From an uncultured Collinsella sp. (GTDB lineage Bacteria; Actinomycetota; Coriobacteriia; Coriobacteriales; Coriobacteriaceae): a stretch of DNA of 64,000 bases. The notes beneath the pieces were generated by a model that made no database searches, was not told the DNA's origin, and worked only from the letters and a program-made list of their open reading frames with translations. The stretch covers positions 19,528 through 83,527 of the forward strand of contig CAAFGG010000048.1 in assembly GCA_900762325.1 (NCBI GenBank), written 5' to 3'. The stretch's first letter is position 1; every line of letters begins with the position of its first letter. The position numbers were made by a program, and so were the translations under genes. Positions 1 through 9,916 of this stretch are shown piece by piece.

Positions 1-1
1 C

Positions 2-817
2 GTGCTACTACGCACGTTTTTGGGCGCACTCTCGCTTGTCACCATCCTCGCCATCACCCAACGCCATAAGTTGCAGGCGCCATCTCGCCCCCGCGAAGCC
101 GCAGCCCTCCTCCTCTCGGGAGCCGCGCTGGGCGCCAGCTGGATTTTTCTGTTCCGCGCCTACCAGACGATCGGCGTCGGCGTATCCTCGCTGCTGTACT
201 ACTGCGGCCCCATCATTGTCATGGCGCTCTCCCCGCTCATCTTTGGCGAAAAGCTGACCGGCGGCAAAATCGCCGGCTTTGTCGCCGTCGCCTGCGGTGC
301 TTTTCTCATTGCAGCACAAGGTCTAGGCGGCAATATGCCCATTGCGGGCATCGTCTGTGGAATCGCCTCGGCCTTCTGCTATGCATTGATGGTCATCGCC
401 AGCAAGGGTGCGCCGCACATCGAGGGCCTCGAGAACTCCGCGCTCCAGGTGAGCGCCGCCTTTGTGACCGCACTGGTCCTCACGCTCATCACGCAGGGCG
501 CTCCCTCGTTCCTGTCCGCCGGCGTCGCCGCCAGTATTGATTGGCGCGCCGTCGTCATGCTCGGCGTCGTCAACACCGGCATCGGTTGCCTGCTCTACTT
601 TAGCGCCGTCGCCAAGCTGTCCGTCCAGACCGTCGCGGTCGTCGGCTATCTCGAGCCACTTTCGGCCGTCGTGTTCTCGGCCGTCCTTTTGGGCGAAGCC
701 ATAACACCGGTCCGCCTGATGGGTGCCGCGCTTATCATCGGCGGCGCGATTTTTTGCGAACTCGCCGGCAAACGCGCAAACGCCAAGGCTGGCATCGCCC
801 AGACAGCACGTGCTTAA
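2..817 (+). CDS. DMT/EamA family transporter (5' end likely outside window)
   Basis: Multiple TM helices, two EamA-like halves, 'YLEPLSAVVFS..LGE' motif. Confidence 0.85.
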   Translation: MLLRTFLGALSLVTILAITQRHKLQAPSRPREAAALLLSGAALGASWIFLFRAYQTIGVGVSSLLYYCGPIIVMALSPLIFGEKLTGGKIAGFVAVACGAFLIAAQGLGGNMPIAGIVCGIASAFCYALMVIASKGAPHIEGLENSALQVSAAFVTALVLTLITQGAPSFLSAGVAASIDWRAVVMLGVVNTGIGCLLYFSAVAKLSVQTVAVVGYLEPLSAVVFSAVLLGEAITPVRLMGAALIIGGAIFCELAGKRANAKAGIAQTARA

Positions 818-913
818 AAGCCCTGCTCTGAAATGCTACCTGCATAGATAAATAATCCCCAGCTGAGGATTATTGTCTAAAATAACCCGATGTGCCAAAC
901 TGCTCTTGTATGT

Positions 914-930
914 ATAAAGACGGCATAAAG
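914..930 (+). promoter_or_regulatory. ATAAAG direct repeat with 11-bp period upstream of kup; possible OmpR/KdpE-type site
   Basis: ATAAAG at 914-919 and 925-930; also an IR aataatcc..ggattatt at 851-874. Confidence 0.35.
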
Positions 931-972
931 TTTTTGTCCTAGACAGATAACCGGATGTCTAAGGGAGTCCTC

Positions 973-3201
973 GTGGCACACAACAAACTGGAGGCAAACC
1001 TCCAAGACCAGCGCGGGCAAGGCGGGCACGGAGCCATCCCCCTCTCCGCTGGCATGCTGCTTGTAACGCTCGGCGTCGTCTATGGCGACATCGGCACGAG
1101 CCCCATGTACACCATGAAATCAATCGTCGCCAACAACGGCGGCATCGGTACCGTCAGCGAGGACATGATCCTGGGCGCGCTTTCGCTCGTCATCTGGACC
1201 ATGACACTCGTGACCACGGTCAAGTACGTGGTAATCGCCATGAAGGCCGACAACCACAACGAAGGCGGCATCTTCGCCCTGTTTAGCCTGGTGCGAAAAG
1301 TGGCACCATGGCTGATCCTACCTGCCATGATCGGCGGCGCGGCGCTGCTCGCCGACGGCATCCTCACCCCCGCGGTCACGGTCACCACAGCCATCGAGGG
1401 CCTGCGTACCATCGAGTGGGGCCACGCGCTGCTGGGCGACGGCCAGACCAACGTCATCATCATCACCATCATCATTATCTGCGGCCTATTTGCCATGCAG
1501 CGCGCCGGTACCTCGTCGATCGGTAAGCTGTTCGGCCCGCTCATGACGTTGTGGTTCCTGTTCCTGGCAGGCGCCGGCCTGTTCAACATGCTCGGCAACC
1601 TGTCCATCCTGCGCGCGCTCAACCCCATCCGCGGCATCATGTTCCTGTTCTCGCCCATCAACCACTCGGGCATCATGGTGCTCGGCTTTGTCTTCCTGTC
1701 GACGACCGGCGCCGAGGCCCTCTACTCGGACATGGGCCACGTTGGCAAGGCCAACATCTATGCATCCTGGCCGTTTGTTAAGGCGGCCCTTATCCTCAAC
1801 TATCTGGGTCAGGGAGCTTGGCTGCTCGCCAATAACTCCAACCCCCAGATGCTCGCGATGGATATCGTCAACCCGTTTTATATGATGCTTCCCGAGCCCC
1901 TGCGCCCCTTTGCCATCGTGCTTTCGGCCGTAGCGGCCATCATCGCCTCACAGGCGCTCATTACCGGCTCGTTCTCGTTGGTTTCGGAGGCAACGCGCCT
2001 CAACCTTATGCCGCACCTGCGTATCCACTACCCCAGCGACACCAAGGGCCAGCTTTATATTCCACTCGTCAACAACATCATGTGGGTCGGCTGCATCTTC
2101 ATCGTGCTGCTGTTCCAGAACTCCGAGCGCATGGAGAGCGCCTATGGCCTCGCCATTACCGTGACCATGCTTATGACCACGACGCTTTTGACGAGCTATA
2201 TCGCCGGCATTCTCAAGCACAGACTGGGCGCCTGCGTCTTCGCCGTGCTTTTTGGCGCCATCGAGCTGTGCTTCTTTGCCTCGTGCCTCACTATGTTCTT
2301 TGACGGCGGCTATGTGATGATCTTCCTGGCCGCACTGCTGTTTGGCCTTATGTACGTGTGGCGTCGTGGCACCGCCATCGAGCGCACGCAAACGATCCTG
2401 CTGCCCGTCTCCAAGTACATCGATCAGCTCAACCGCCTGCGCAACGACGAGACCTACCCCGTGCTCGCCGACAATCTGGTGTTCCTCACCAACAGCCCCG
2501 ATCCGCTCACGCTCGACCGCGACGTGCTCTATTCCATCCTGGACAAACATCCCAAGCGCGCCAAGGCATACTGGTTCATTAACGTGCACGTTACCGACGA
2601 GCCCTATACGCACGAGTATTCCGTCGAGACCTTTGGCACGGACTTCCTCTTCCGCGTGCGCCTGGACCTGGGCTTTAAGGTCAACCAGCGCGTTAATGCC
2701 TACCTGCGCCAGATCGTTGGCGACCTGATGGCATCGGGCGAGCTGCCGCCGCAACATCACACCTACTCCATCTACGAGACGCGCGGCAACGTAGGTGACT
2801 TCCGCTTTTGCATGCTGCGCAAGATGCTTGCCCCCGAAACGGACATCAACCGCAATGACCACCGCGTGATGGCCATCAAGTACGCCGTCCGCCGCGCCTG
2901 CGGAAGCCCGGCACGCTGGTACGGTCTCGAGAACTCGGCCATCATCATTGAGTACGTACCGCTGTTTGCCCGCATGCGCCCGGCCGTTAAGCTCGTGCGC
3001 ACCCAGGTGCCGCTCGAGGTTCAGATCGAAGAGGCCGAGGAAATGGAAGTCGACATCTTCTCGGACGACTTGGTCAACGGCAACGAAGCCGGTAAGGACA
3101 TGAACGTCGATCCCACCGAGTTGCTCGAGAGCGTCGCCGATACGCCCGAACAGCAACTCGACGGACTCGAGAGCACCCAGTTCAACGACGCCAACTTCTA
3201 A
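973..3201 (+). CDS. kup: KUP/HAK/KT potassium uptake transporter
   Basis: GVVYGDIGTSPMY, ADNHNEGG, TGAEALYSDMGH motifs; GTG start after AAGGGAG. Confidence 0.95.
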   Translation: MAHNKLEANLQDQRGQGGHGAIPLSAGMLLVTLGVVYGDIGTSPMYTMKSIVANNGGIGTVSEDMILGALSLVIWTMTLVTTVKYVVIAMKADNHNEGGIFALFSLVRKVAPWLILPAMIGGAALLADGILTPAVTVTTAIEGLRTIEWGHALLGDGQTNVIIITIIIICGLFAMQRAGTSSIGKLFGPLMTLWFLFLAGAGLFNMLGNLSILRALNPIRGIMFLFSPINHSGIMVLGFVFLSTTGAEALYSDMGHVGKANIYASWPFVKAALILNYLGQGAWLLANNSNPQMLAMDIVNPFYMMLPEPLRPFAIVLSAVAAIIASQALITGSFSLVSEATRLNLMPHLRIHYPSDTKGQLYIPLVNNIMWVGCIFIVLLFQNSERMESAYGLAITVTMLMTTTLLTSYIAGILKHRLGACVFAVLFGAIELCFFASCLTMFFDGGYVMIFLAALLFGLMYVWRRGTAIERTQTILLPVSKYIDQLNRLRNDETYPVLADNLVFLTNSPDPLTLDRDVLYSILDKHPKRAKAYWFINVHVTDEPYTHEYSVETFGTDFLFRVRLDLGFKVNQRVNAYLRQIVGDLMASGELPPQHHTYSIYETRGNVGDFRFCMLRKMLAPETDINRNDHRVMAIKYAVRRACGSPARWYGLENSAIIIEYVPLFARMRPAVKLVRTQVPLEVQIEEAEEMEVDIFSDDLVNGNEAGKDMNVDPTELLESVADTPEQQLDGLESTQFNDANF

Positions 3202-3223
3202 CACGCCACCAGCCATTGACGAC

Positions 3224-3261
3224 AACGGCCTCGCATCTCATAAGAGGTGCGAGGCCGTTTT
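3224..3261. terminator. Intrinsic terminator between convergent kup and bsh
   Basis: aacggcctcgcatctc..gaggtgcgaggccgtt hairpin followed by T tract. Confidence 0.8.
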
Positions 3262-3282
3262 ATGTCGCAACGGACCAGTGAG

Positions 3283-4248
3283 CTACGAACGGCGCGGCTC
3301 GGGAACCACGAGCCTATCGGGGCTCGCGCCCTCGGCATCCATCAGGCTCACGTAGCGAATCGACGGATCCCCATACATCGCGTAGTAATAATTGCCCGTG
3401 CGCGCGCTAAAGCATCCGGTATAGATAGTCTTCTCGAACTTGCCATCGCCCATCCTGGACGCTCCCTCGATCATCACCACGCCCTCGAGTGAACGGAACA
3501 TGCGGACGACGTTTTCGGTCTCGCTCTCCTTTTGCGGGTAATTGGCATTGAGGTACGCCGCCTTTACAAAACGGCTCGGCGAATAGCAGTCACCCGGAAT
3601 ACCGCGCATGCCGGCACCCGCGCCATAGGGCTTGAGCTCGGCGCCACGCCATGTCGCCGTCTGCGGAAAATCGCTTGTGGCGGTGATATAGGTGCGGAGG
3701 TTTTCCATGTGCCACGGGAAGGTGGGCTGGTTGGCAAGGGTGTCGACCGGATCGTCGTATACATGCAGGCCGTCAGCCATCATCTCGACCACGATGCTGC
3801 GCTGGCTGTCGCCGATAATCCAATGGAGCAGTGACACGCCCAGTCCCTCTCCGGCAGATTTGGCGACAATCACCGTGTCGCGCAGCGCGGCCTCGACCTC
3901 ATCGACCGTCGAGAACGTCGCTGCCACCCACAGGGGAAACTCATAGGCCGCGATATTGGTCTTGCCGTCGACAGGGTCATCGGCATACTCGGCATAGCCG
4001 GGAAAGTTGAGCCCCGCCACAGCCAGACCCGCATCGTTACCGCAATCGAAAAACATGGGATAGTTCTTGTAATCGATGCACATACCGATCACCGCGTGTG
4101 CCGCTGTCGCGTCGTCGATAAACGAATACGGAATGTGAAACCCGCGCGGCATCACGCGAACCTGTTGGCCGTAGTCAAAGCTCCAGTCGAGGTTGCGGCC
4201 CAGATACATGTGGCCAGAATAATCGGTAAATCGAATGCTCGTGCACAT
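3283..4248 (-). CDS. bsh: Choloylglycine hydrolase / bile salt hydrolase (Ntn hydrolase)
   Basis: MCTSIRF (Cys2 nucleophile), GRNLDW, LNFPGYA, N-x-PTF-x-WH, PGD-x-x-SPSRFVKA; AGGAGG RBS. Confidence 0.85.
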   Translation of the reverse strand: MCTSIRFTDYSGHMYLGRNLDWSFDYGQQVRVMPRGFHIPYSFIDDATAAHAVIGMCIDYKNYPMFFDCGNDAGLAVAGLNFPGYAEYADDPVDGKTNIAAYEFPLWVAATFSTVDEVEAALRDTVIVAKSAGEGLGVSLLHWIIGDSQRSIVVEMMADGLHVYDDPVDTLANQPTFPWHMENLRTYITATSDFPQTATWRGAELKPYGAGAGMRGIPGDCYSPSRFVKAAYLNANYPQKESETENVVRMFRSLEGVVMIEGASRMGDGKFEKTIYTGCFSARTGNYYYAMYGDPSIRYVSLMDAEGASPDRLVVPEPRRS

Positions 4249-4379
4249 GGCGCCTCCTAGCTTTACGTTCTTGCTAAGTTCATTGTCTCCAAACAAAAAG
4301 GTGCTAAACACAAAGGCCCGGACATGACAACAATGTCACGTCCGGGCCAAAAGAGACGAAGTGCGGTGCTGTAGTCACC

Positions 4380-4799
4380 CTAGACAAGTTTGCCTTGGCA
4401 GTGATCGATCATATGCTGGATCATCTGCGCCTCAAAGCCCGCGTAGTCGCGGCGGCACTCCTTCATCTTGCCGTCGACGATCTGGTCAAAGGCAACCTTG
4501 CACTTGATGTAGCGCGTGGACTTGGTGACCTCCTCGTGCGTCAGGCAGCTCTCCTCCATCTTGCTGGCTCCCAGGCCAAACACCAGACGGGGGTTATAGA
4601 GCACGTGGGGCTCGCCGGCGTCGTCCAGATAGACGCAGACCTTCTTGGTAACGCCAATCTGGTTGGCGGCCAAGCAGCCGGCATCGTCGAGCGACTTGAT
4701 GGTATCGATCAGGTCCTGAGCAACCGACTCGTCCTCGACGGTCGCAACCTCGCAACGCTGGGACAGGATAGCCTCGTCGTGGCAAAGCTCTTTAATCAT
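4380..4799 (-). CDS. Peptide deformylase-like protein with degenerate motifs
   Basis: AGCLAANQIG / ESCLT / QHMIDH vs canonical GxGLAAxQ / EGCLS / QHExDH. Confidence 0.8.
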   Translation of the reverse strand: MIKELCHDEAILSQRCEVATVEDESVAQDLIDTIKSLDDAGCLAANQIGVTKKVCVYLDDAGEPHVLYNPRLVFGLGASKMEESCLTHEEVTKSTRYIKCKVAFDQIVDGKMKECRRDYAGFEAQMIQHMIDHCQGKLV

Positions 4800-4992
4800 A
4801 CGTTCCTCCATAGGGGTCGTTGTAACCGCTTAAGTATACGGTAAACACACATTTTCATGCGAAATATACCGCCGGACCGTAACAAACCGCCGAACATCAA
4901 CATGTAGGGAACAACCCCGTTGTAAAGAGGCTATAGTGGGTGCGTTCGTGTCAATCGGCCTAAACTCGGGGCCGAACAAGGAAAGGGTATGC

Positions 4993-6306
4993 ATGGACGA
5001 ACTATTTCACGTCAGTGAGCGCAAGTCCACAATCGGGACCGAACTTCGCGCTGGACTGACAACATTCCTGGCGATGGCCTACATCATCGCCGTCAACCCC
5101 GCGGTGCTCTCGGGCGCCGGTATCGATGCGGGAGCGCTCGCCTGCGCCACCTGCTTGGGCGCTGGCATCATGACCATCTGCATGGGCATCTTCGCCAACC
5201 GCCCGCTCGCCTGCGCGTCGGGCCTGGGCATCAACGCCATGATCGCGGGCATCACCACCACCATGTGCGGCGGTGACTGGCACGTGGCCATGAGCGTCAT
5301 CTTCCTCGAAGGTGTCGTCATCTTGCTGCTCGTCCTGTGCGGCCTGCGCGAGGCCATTATGGACGCCATCCCCGTGGTTCTGCGCCACGCCATCTCGGTG
5401 GGCCTGGGACTGTTCATCGCCATGATCGGCCTGTGCGATGCCGGCATTATCACCGCCGGCGCCGGTACACTCGTCGGTCTGGGCGACATCACCTCCCCCA
5501 CGTTTATCGTCGGCATCATCTCCATCGTCGTGACGGTTGCCCTGGCCTCTCGTAACGTGCCGGGCTCGCTGCTCATCGGCATCATCGTCGCCGTTATCGC
5601 CGGCATTCCCCTGGGCGTCACCCACGCCCCCGAGGGTCTTATCGCCCCGCTCGACTTCTCGACCTTTGGCGCTCCGTTTGCCAGCACCGCCGACGGCAAT
5701 ATGGCCATCGTGAAGGTCCTGACCGACCCGATGCTGCTCGTCGTGGCCTTCTCGCTGCTCATGAGCGACTTCTTCGACACCATGGGCACCGCCATGGCCG
5801 TCGCCAAGCAGGGCGAGTTTTTGACCGAGGACGGCAACGTCGAGGACATCCGCTCCATCCTGGTTGTTGACTCCGTGGCTGCCGCTGCCGGCGGTTTCAT
5901 GGGCGTCTCCTCCATCACCACCTTCGTCGAGTCCACCTCTGGCGCTGCCGACGGTGGCCGCACGGGCCTCACCTCCGTCACCACCGGCGTGCTGTTCATT
6001 CTCGCCGCGTTCTTCTCCCCCATCGTCACCATCGTTTCCAGCGCCGCCACCTGCGGTGCTCTGGTCTACGTTGGCTACCTCATGATGAGCGAGGCCTCCG
6101 AGATCGACTGGTCCGACGTGTCGCAGGGTTTCCCGGCGTTCATGATTGTCGCCGGCGTGCCCTTCACCTACTCCATCTCTGCCGGCATTGGCCTGGGCTT
6201 TATCGCCTACGTGATCGTCGCGCTCTTTAAGGGCGAGGCCTCCAAGATCAAGCCGCTCATGTGGATCGCAGCCCTTGCCTTCCTCGTCTACTTCTTCGTA
6301 GCATAA
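4993..6306 (+). CDS. NCS2/AzgA-type purine permease
   Basis: ELRAGLTTFLAMAYII, DFFDTMGT, ESTSGAADGGRTGLT motifs. Confidence 0.9.
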   Translation: MDELFHVSERKSTIGTELRAGLTTFLAMAYIIAVNPAVLSGAGIDAGALACATCLGAGIMTICMGIFANRPLACASGLGINAMIAGITTTMCGGDWHVAMSVIFLEGVVILLLVLCGLREAIMDAIPVVLRHAISVGLGLFIAMIGLCDAGIITAGAGTLVGLGDITSPTFIVGIISIVVTVALASRNVPGSLLIGIIVAVIAGIPLGVTHAPEGLIAPLDFSTFGAPFASTADGNMAIVKVLTDPMLLVVAFSLLMSDFFDTMGTAMAVAKQGEFLTEDGNVEDIRSILVVDSVAAAAGGFMGVSSITTFVESTSGAADGGRTGLTSVTTGVLFILAAFFSPIVTIVSSAATCGALVYVGYLMMSEASEIDWSDVSQGFPAFMIVAGVPFTYSISAGIGLGFIAYVIVALFKGEASKIKPLMWIAALAFLVYFFVA

Positions 6307-6333
6307 CGGCATAGTCTGCCGAAGCAAAACAAC

Positions 6334-6374
6334 AAGGCGCGGAGTCGCATCGAGCGGCTCCGCGCCTTTCTTTT
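6334..6374 (+). terminator. Intrinsic terminator
   Basis: aaggcgcggagtcgc..gcggctccgcgcctt + T-rich tail. Confidence 0.8.
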
Positions 6375-6395
6375 AGCGTCTGCCCCCGTGCCAGC

Positions 6396-7109
6396 GTGCG
6401 ACAATTGAGGCTGTCAATATCACAACACCGAGAGAAGCCTGCCTTGGAAGCGCATCAGAAGCAGATAACCGTTTATTCAGAGTGTGTGGAAGGCGCGCCC
6501 GTCATCTATCTCCCCGTGGTTATGGGCGACGGTAGTGAAGTCTACGAGCGCTGCCGAGAGCTCGACTGCCCGCCATTCACCCTTGTCGCCATCGGAGGAC
6601 TCGATTGGAATCGCGAGTTGAGCCCCTGGGAATGCGACGGAACTATACGAGATGCCGAGCCCTTTGACGGACAGGCTGCTGGTTTTCTTGACGAGTTGTT
6701 GAAGCAGATAATCCCAGAGGCCGAATCATCGCTCCCGCAACCGCCCACCTGGCGCGGCGTTGTCGGCTATTCGTTGGCGGGTCTTTTTGCACTGTGGGCA
6801 CTTTGGCAAACAGATGTCTTTGAGCGCGCGGCGAGTGCATCGGGGTCGCTGTGGTTCCCCGGCTTTATCGACTACGCGCGTGAGCGCACGATGACAGCCA
6901 CGCCCGACGCCGCTTATCTGTCGCTCGGTAAAAAGGAAACCAAGACGCCCAACCGCATGATGCGGCACGTACTCGACGACACGCGCGCGATGGAAGAGCT
7001 GTTTATAGAGCGTGACATTCCAACAACGCTGGAGCTCAACCCCGGCAATCACTTTGCCCAAACTGACTTGCGCATGGCGCGTGGCATCCACTGGATACTG
7101 ACGCATTAA
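6396..7109 (+). CDS. Alpha/beta hydrolase (putative esterase); start uncertain
   Basis: GYSLAG nucleophile elbow, SGSLW, NPGNHF. Confidence 0.8.
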   Translation: MRQLRLSISQHREKPALEAHQKQITVYSECVEGAPVIYLPVVMGDGSEVYERCRELDCPPFTLVAIGGLDWNRELSPWECDGTIRDAEPFDGQAAGFLDELLKQIIPEAESSLPQPPTWRGVVGYSLAGLFALWALWQTDVFERAASASGSLWFPGFIDYARERTMTATPDAAYLSLGKKETKTPNRMMRHVLDDTRAMEELFIERDIPTTLELNPGNHFAQTDLRMARGIHWILTH

Positions 7110-7149
7110 AAATGGCGTCCACGCGTACATACGCATGGACGCCATTTTT
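7108..7149. terminator. Bidirectional terminator
   Basis: aaaaatggcgtcca..tggacgccattttt between convergent genes. Confidence 0.85.
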
Positions 7150-7169
7150 AATTTGGCTGAACGCAGCTG

Positions 7170-8504
7170 CTATTCAGCAGTCTCCTCAAGCTCGGAAGTA
7201 TCGAACTCAAAGTCATTACCGGGCAGGATGGCGTTGAGCACAATGCCCACCAGCGAGCCCACGGCAAGGCCCGAAAGCGAAATCGTCACGCCGCCCAGCT
7301 CCAGCACGATGGCACCGGCGGTACTGTAGGCAATGCCGAGCGAAAGCACGAGCACCAGAGCCGCCACCAGTACGTTGCGGTTGTTCTGGAAATCAACCTG
7401 ATTCTCGATGAGGTTACGCACGCCAACGGCGCTGATCATGCCGTAGAGCACGAGTGACACACCGCCGATAACGCACGCCGGCATAGCAGCGATCACAGCA
7501 GCAAACTTGGGGCAGAACGAAAGCACGATGGCGCAGCAGGCGGCAATGCGAATCACGCGCGGGTCGAACACACGCGTAAGCGCAAGCACGCCGGTGTTCT
7601 CGCCATACGTGGTGTTGGCCGGAGCGCCAAAGAGCGACGCCAAGATGGTCGCCAGGCCATCGCCGAGCAGGGTACGGTGCAGACCGGGATCGGCAATGTA
7701 ATTGCGTTCGCAGGTAGAGCCAATGGCGGAGATATCGCCGATATGCTCGATCATAGTTGCAAAGGCCAGCGGCATGATGGTGATGATGGCCGTCGTGGCA
7801 AGACCGCTATCGAACTGCGGGCCAAAGAGCGCAAACACGGTGTTGTCCCACACGATGGGCAGACCGACCCACGGAGCGGCGGCAACGCCCGAAAAATCGA
7901 CCTCACCCAACGCAGCCGCAACGGCATAGCTCACCACAACGCCCAGCAAAATCGGCACGATCTTGACCATGCCGCGGCCCCAAATATTACAGATGACGAT
8001 AACGGCCACAGCGACAGCGGCGACAAGCCAGTTGGTCTGGCAGTTGACAATGGCAGAGCTCGCTAGGATCAGGCCGATGGAAATGACGATGGGGCCGGTC
8101 ACCACCGGCGGGAAGAAACGCATAACGCGCTTGGCGCCAAAGGCACGGAACAGGGCCGCCAGCACCGGATAGAGCAGGCCGGCACAAGCTACGCCCAGGC
8201 AGGCGTAGGGCAAAAGCTCGGTCTCGCCGTTGGGCGCGATTGCGGCATAACCGGCAATAAAGGCAAACGATGAGCCCAAAAATGCCGGCACCTTACCGCG
8301 CGACAGGAAGTGGAACAGCAGCGTGCCGATGCCGGCGAACAGAAGCGTCGCCGAAACGGAAAGGCCGGTGAGCACGGGCACGAGCACCGTGGCTCCGAAC
8401 ATCGCAAACATGTGTTGCAAACCCAACACGAACATGCGCGGGCGGCCGAGCGACGATGCATCGTAGATGGCATCGGTGACGGCGGGCGTCGAGGATTGGG
8501 ACAT
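7170..8504 (-). CDS. uraA: Uracil/xanthine permease (UraA/PyrP family)
   Basis: GLQHMFAMFGATVLVP, FLGSSFAFI, NTTYGENTGV. Confidence 0.85.
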   Translation of the reverse strand: MSQSSTPAVTDAIYDASSLGRPRMFVLGLQHMFAMFGATVLVPVLTGLSVSATLLFAGIGTLLFHFLSRGKVPAFLGSSFAFIAGYAAIAPNGETELLPYACLGVACAGLLYPVLAALFRAFGAKRVMRFFPPVVTGPIVISIGLILASSAIVNCQTNWLVAAVAVAVIVICNIWGRGMVKIVPILLGVVVSYAVAAALGEVDFSGVAAAPWVGLPIVWDNTVFALFGPQFDSGLATTAIITIMPLAFATMIEHIGDISAIGSTCERNYIADPGLHRTLLGDGLATILASLFGAPANTTYGENTGVLALTRVFDPRVIRIAACCAIVLSFCPKFAAVIAAMPACVIGGVSLVLYGMISAVGVRNLIENQVDFQNNRNVLVAALVLVLSLGIAYSTAGAIVLELGGVTISLSGLAVGSLVGIVLNAILPGNDFEFDTSELEETAE

Positions 8505-8627
8505 GGAAGTCCTTTCATGATGGAAGGGCGATCAGGCATATCGGATAACCTGCCCGAACGATACGATCCGAACCATTGTACGTGATACGCCATGTCTCGC
8601 ACGCGCCGTCACCTGCAAATGGTAGCG

Positions 8628-9761
8628 TTACTTCCAAACGCGCTCGGAAATGCGCTTGACCAGCGCGATCTTTGCCCACTGTTCGTCCTCGGTCAGTTTG
8701 TTGCCAATCTCACAGCTGGCAAAGCCGCACTGGGGCGACAGGTACAGGTTCTCGAGCGGCACATACTTTGCGGCCTCGTGGATACGTTCGACGATAACGT
8801 CCTCGTCCTCAAGCTCAGCGGCCTTGGTGGTCACCAGGCCCAGCACGACCTTCTTGCCGGGAGCAACATACTTGAGCGGCTCAAAGCCACCGGCGCGCGG
8901 CGTATCGAACTCAAGGTAGAACGCGTCGACATCCTCGTGCGCAAACAGGTACGGTGCAATGGGATCGTAACCACCCTCGAAGGCATACGTGGAGTGATAG
9001 TTGCCGCGGCACACGTGCGTGTTGATAACCAGATCGTCGGGCTTGCCCGCGATGGCAGCATTGTTGAGCGCCACGCCCAGCTCGCTCACCTTTTGCAGGT
9101 CAACCGGGCTCATGCCGGTCTTGGACACAAAGTCGGTATCGCAATAGATGCCCCAGGTGCAGTCATCAAATTGGATGTTGCGGCAGCCCGCGGCATACAG
9201 GTCGGCAATCACGGTGCGGTATGCTGCGGCAATGGCACCGGCGAGCTCTTCGTCGGTCTTGTAGACGGCGCGCAGACTCTCCTGCTGTCCATCGCAGCGG
9301 TCGAGCGTAACCTCCGAGAACGTCTGGATCGGCGCCGGAATGGTCTGGCGCGCGATCTGGCCCTCACCCTCGAGCAACTTGACAAATTTGAAGTGCTCGA
9401 CGAACGGATGGTTCTCGCCGCTAATGGGACCGGTTACCACGGCGGTGTCGGCGGTAGTCTCCTCATCGTGAAACATGTAGCCCGTGCGCGAGACGCGGCG
9501 CTCAATGCCGTTAAGGCCCCACATAAAATCGAGGTGCCAGTAGCTGCGGCGGAACTCGCCATCGGTAATCACCTGCAGGCCGGCAGCCTTCTGCTTGGCC
9601 ACTAAGTCGCGGATGGCCTCGTCCTCGACGGCCTTAAGGCCGGAAGCGTCGAGTTTACCCGCGACATAGGCGGCACGGGCATCCTTTACAGCCTGCGGAC
9701 GAAGAAAACTGCCAACGATATCGGCGCGAAACGGCGCGTTCGGTTGAATCGAAGTGCTCAT
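8628..9761 (-). CDS. Cobalamin-independent methionine synthase II family (YxjH-like, single barrel)
   Basis: ADIVGSFLRP, TDGEFRR, HVCRGN, LSPQCGFAS Zn ligands. Confidence 0.9.
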   Translation of the reverse strand: MSTSIQPNAPFRADIVGSFLRPQAVKDARAAYVAGKLDASGLKAVEDEAIRDLVAKQKAAGLQVITDGEFRRSYWHLDFMWGLNGIERRVSRTGYMFHDEETTADTAVVTGPISGENHPFVEHFKFVKLLEGEGQIARQTIPAPIQTFSEVTLDRCDGQQESLRAVYKTDEELAGAIAAAYRTVIADLYAAGCRNIQFDDCTWGIYCDTDFVSKTGMSPVDLQKVSELGVALNNAAIAGKPDDLVINTHVCRGNYHSTYAFEGGYDPIAPYLFAHEDVDAFYLEFDTPRAGGFEPLKYVAPGKKVVLGLVTTKAAELEDEDVIVERIHEAAKYVPLENLYLSPQCGFASCEIGNKLTEDEQWAKIALVKRISERVWK

Positions 9762-9850
9762 AGATATCTCCCTTTGCATTGGTTGCTTTACTGGGACAGA
9801 GTATGAGCGCTCATATGGTCATCGTAAAATATACGTTTATAACAGTTTGA

Positions 9851-9867
9851 TATAGATGCTTCCTATA
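9851..9867. promoter_or_regulatory. MET-box-like LysR operator TATAG-N7-CTATA
   Basis: TATAGATGCTTCCTATA upstream of methionine synthase; resembles the streptococcal MtaR/MetR box. Confidence 0.6.
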
Positions 9868-9916
9868 TCAGTCTGGACTGTCATAAAGAGACTTGAACCG
9901 TGCGGAGCACAGCAGC

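Noticed and set aside
818..972. c-di-AMP (ydaO) riboswitch upstream of kup
   Set aside because: Region is short and AT-rich and lacks the conserved motifs.
1948..3225. Long antisense ORFs (also 5002-6327, 22662-24026, 36296-37792, 37973-39562, 47795-49183, 55319-56494)
   Set aside because: Shadows of real genes caused by GC3 codon bias; no motifs or RBS.
4812..4992. Purine riboswitch upstream of the NCS2 permease
   Set aside because: Consensus elements (UAUAAU..GG..UUUCUACC) absent.
8505..8600. PyrR attenuator upstream of the uracil permease
   Set aside because: No AGUCC/GAGAGG binding-loop consensus or terminator found.
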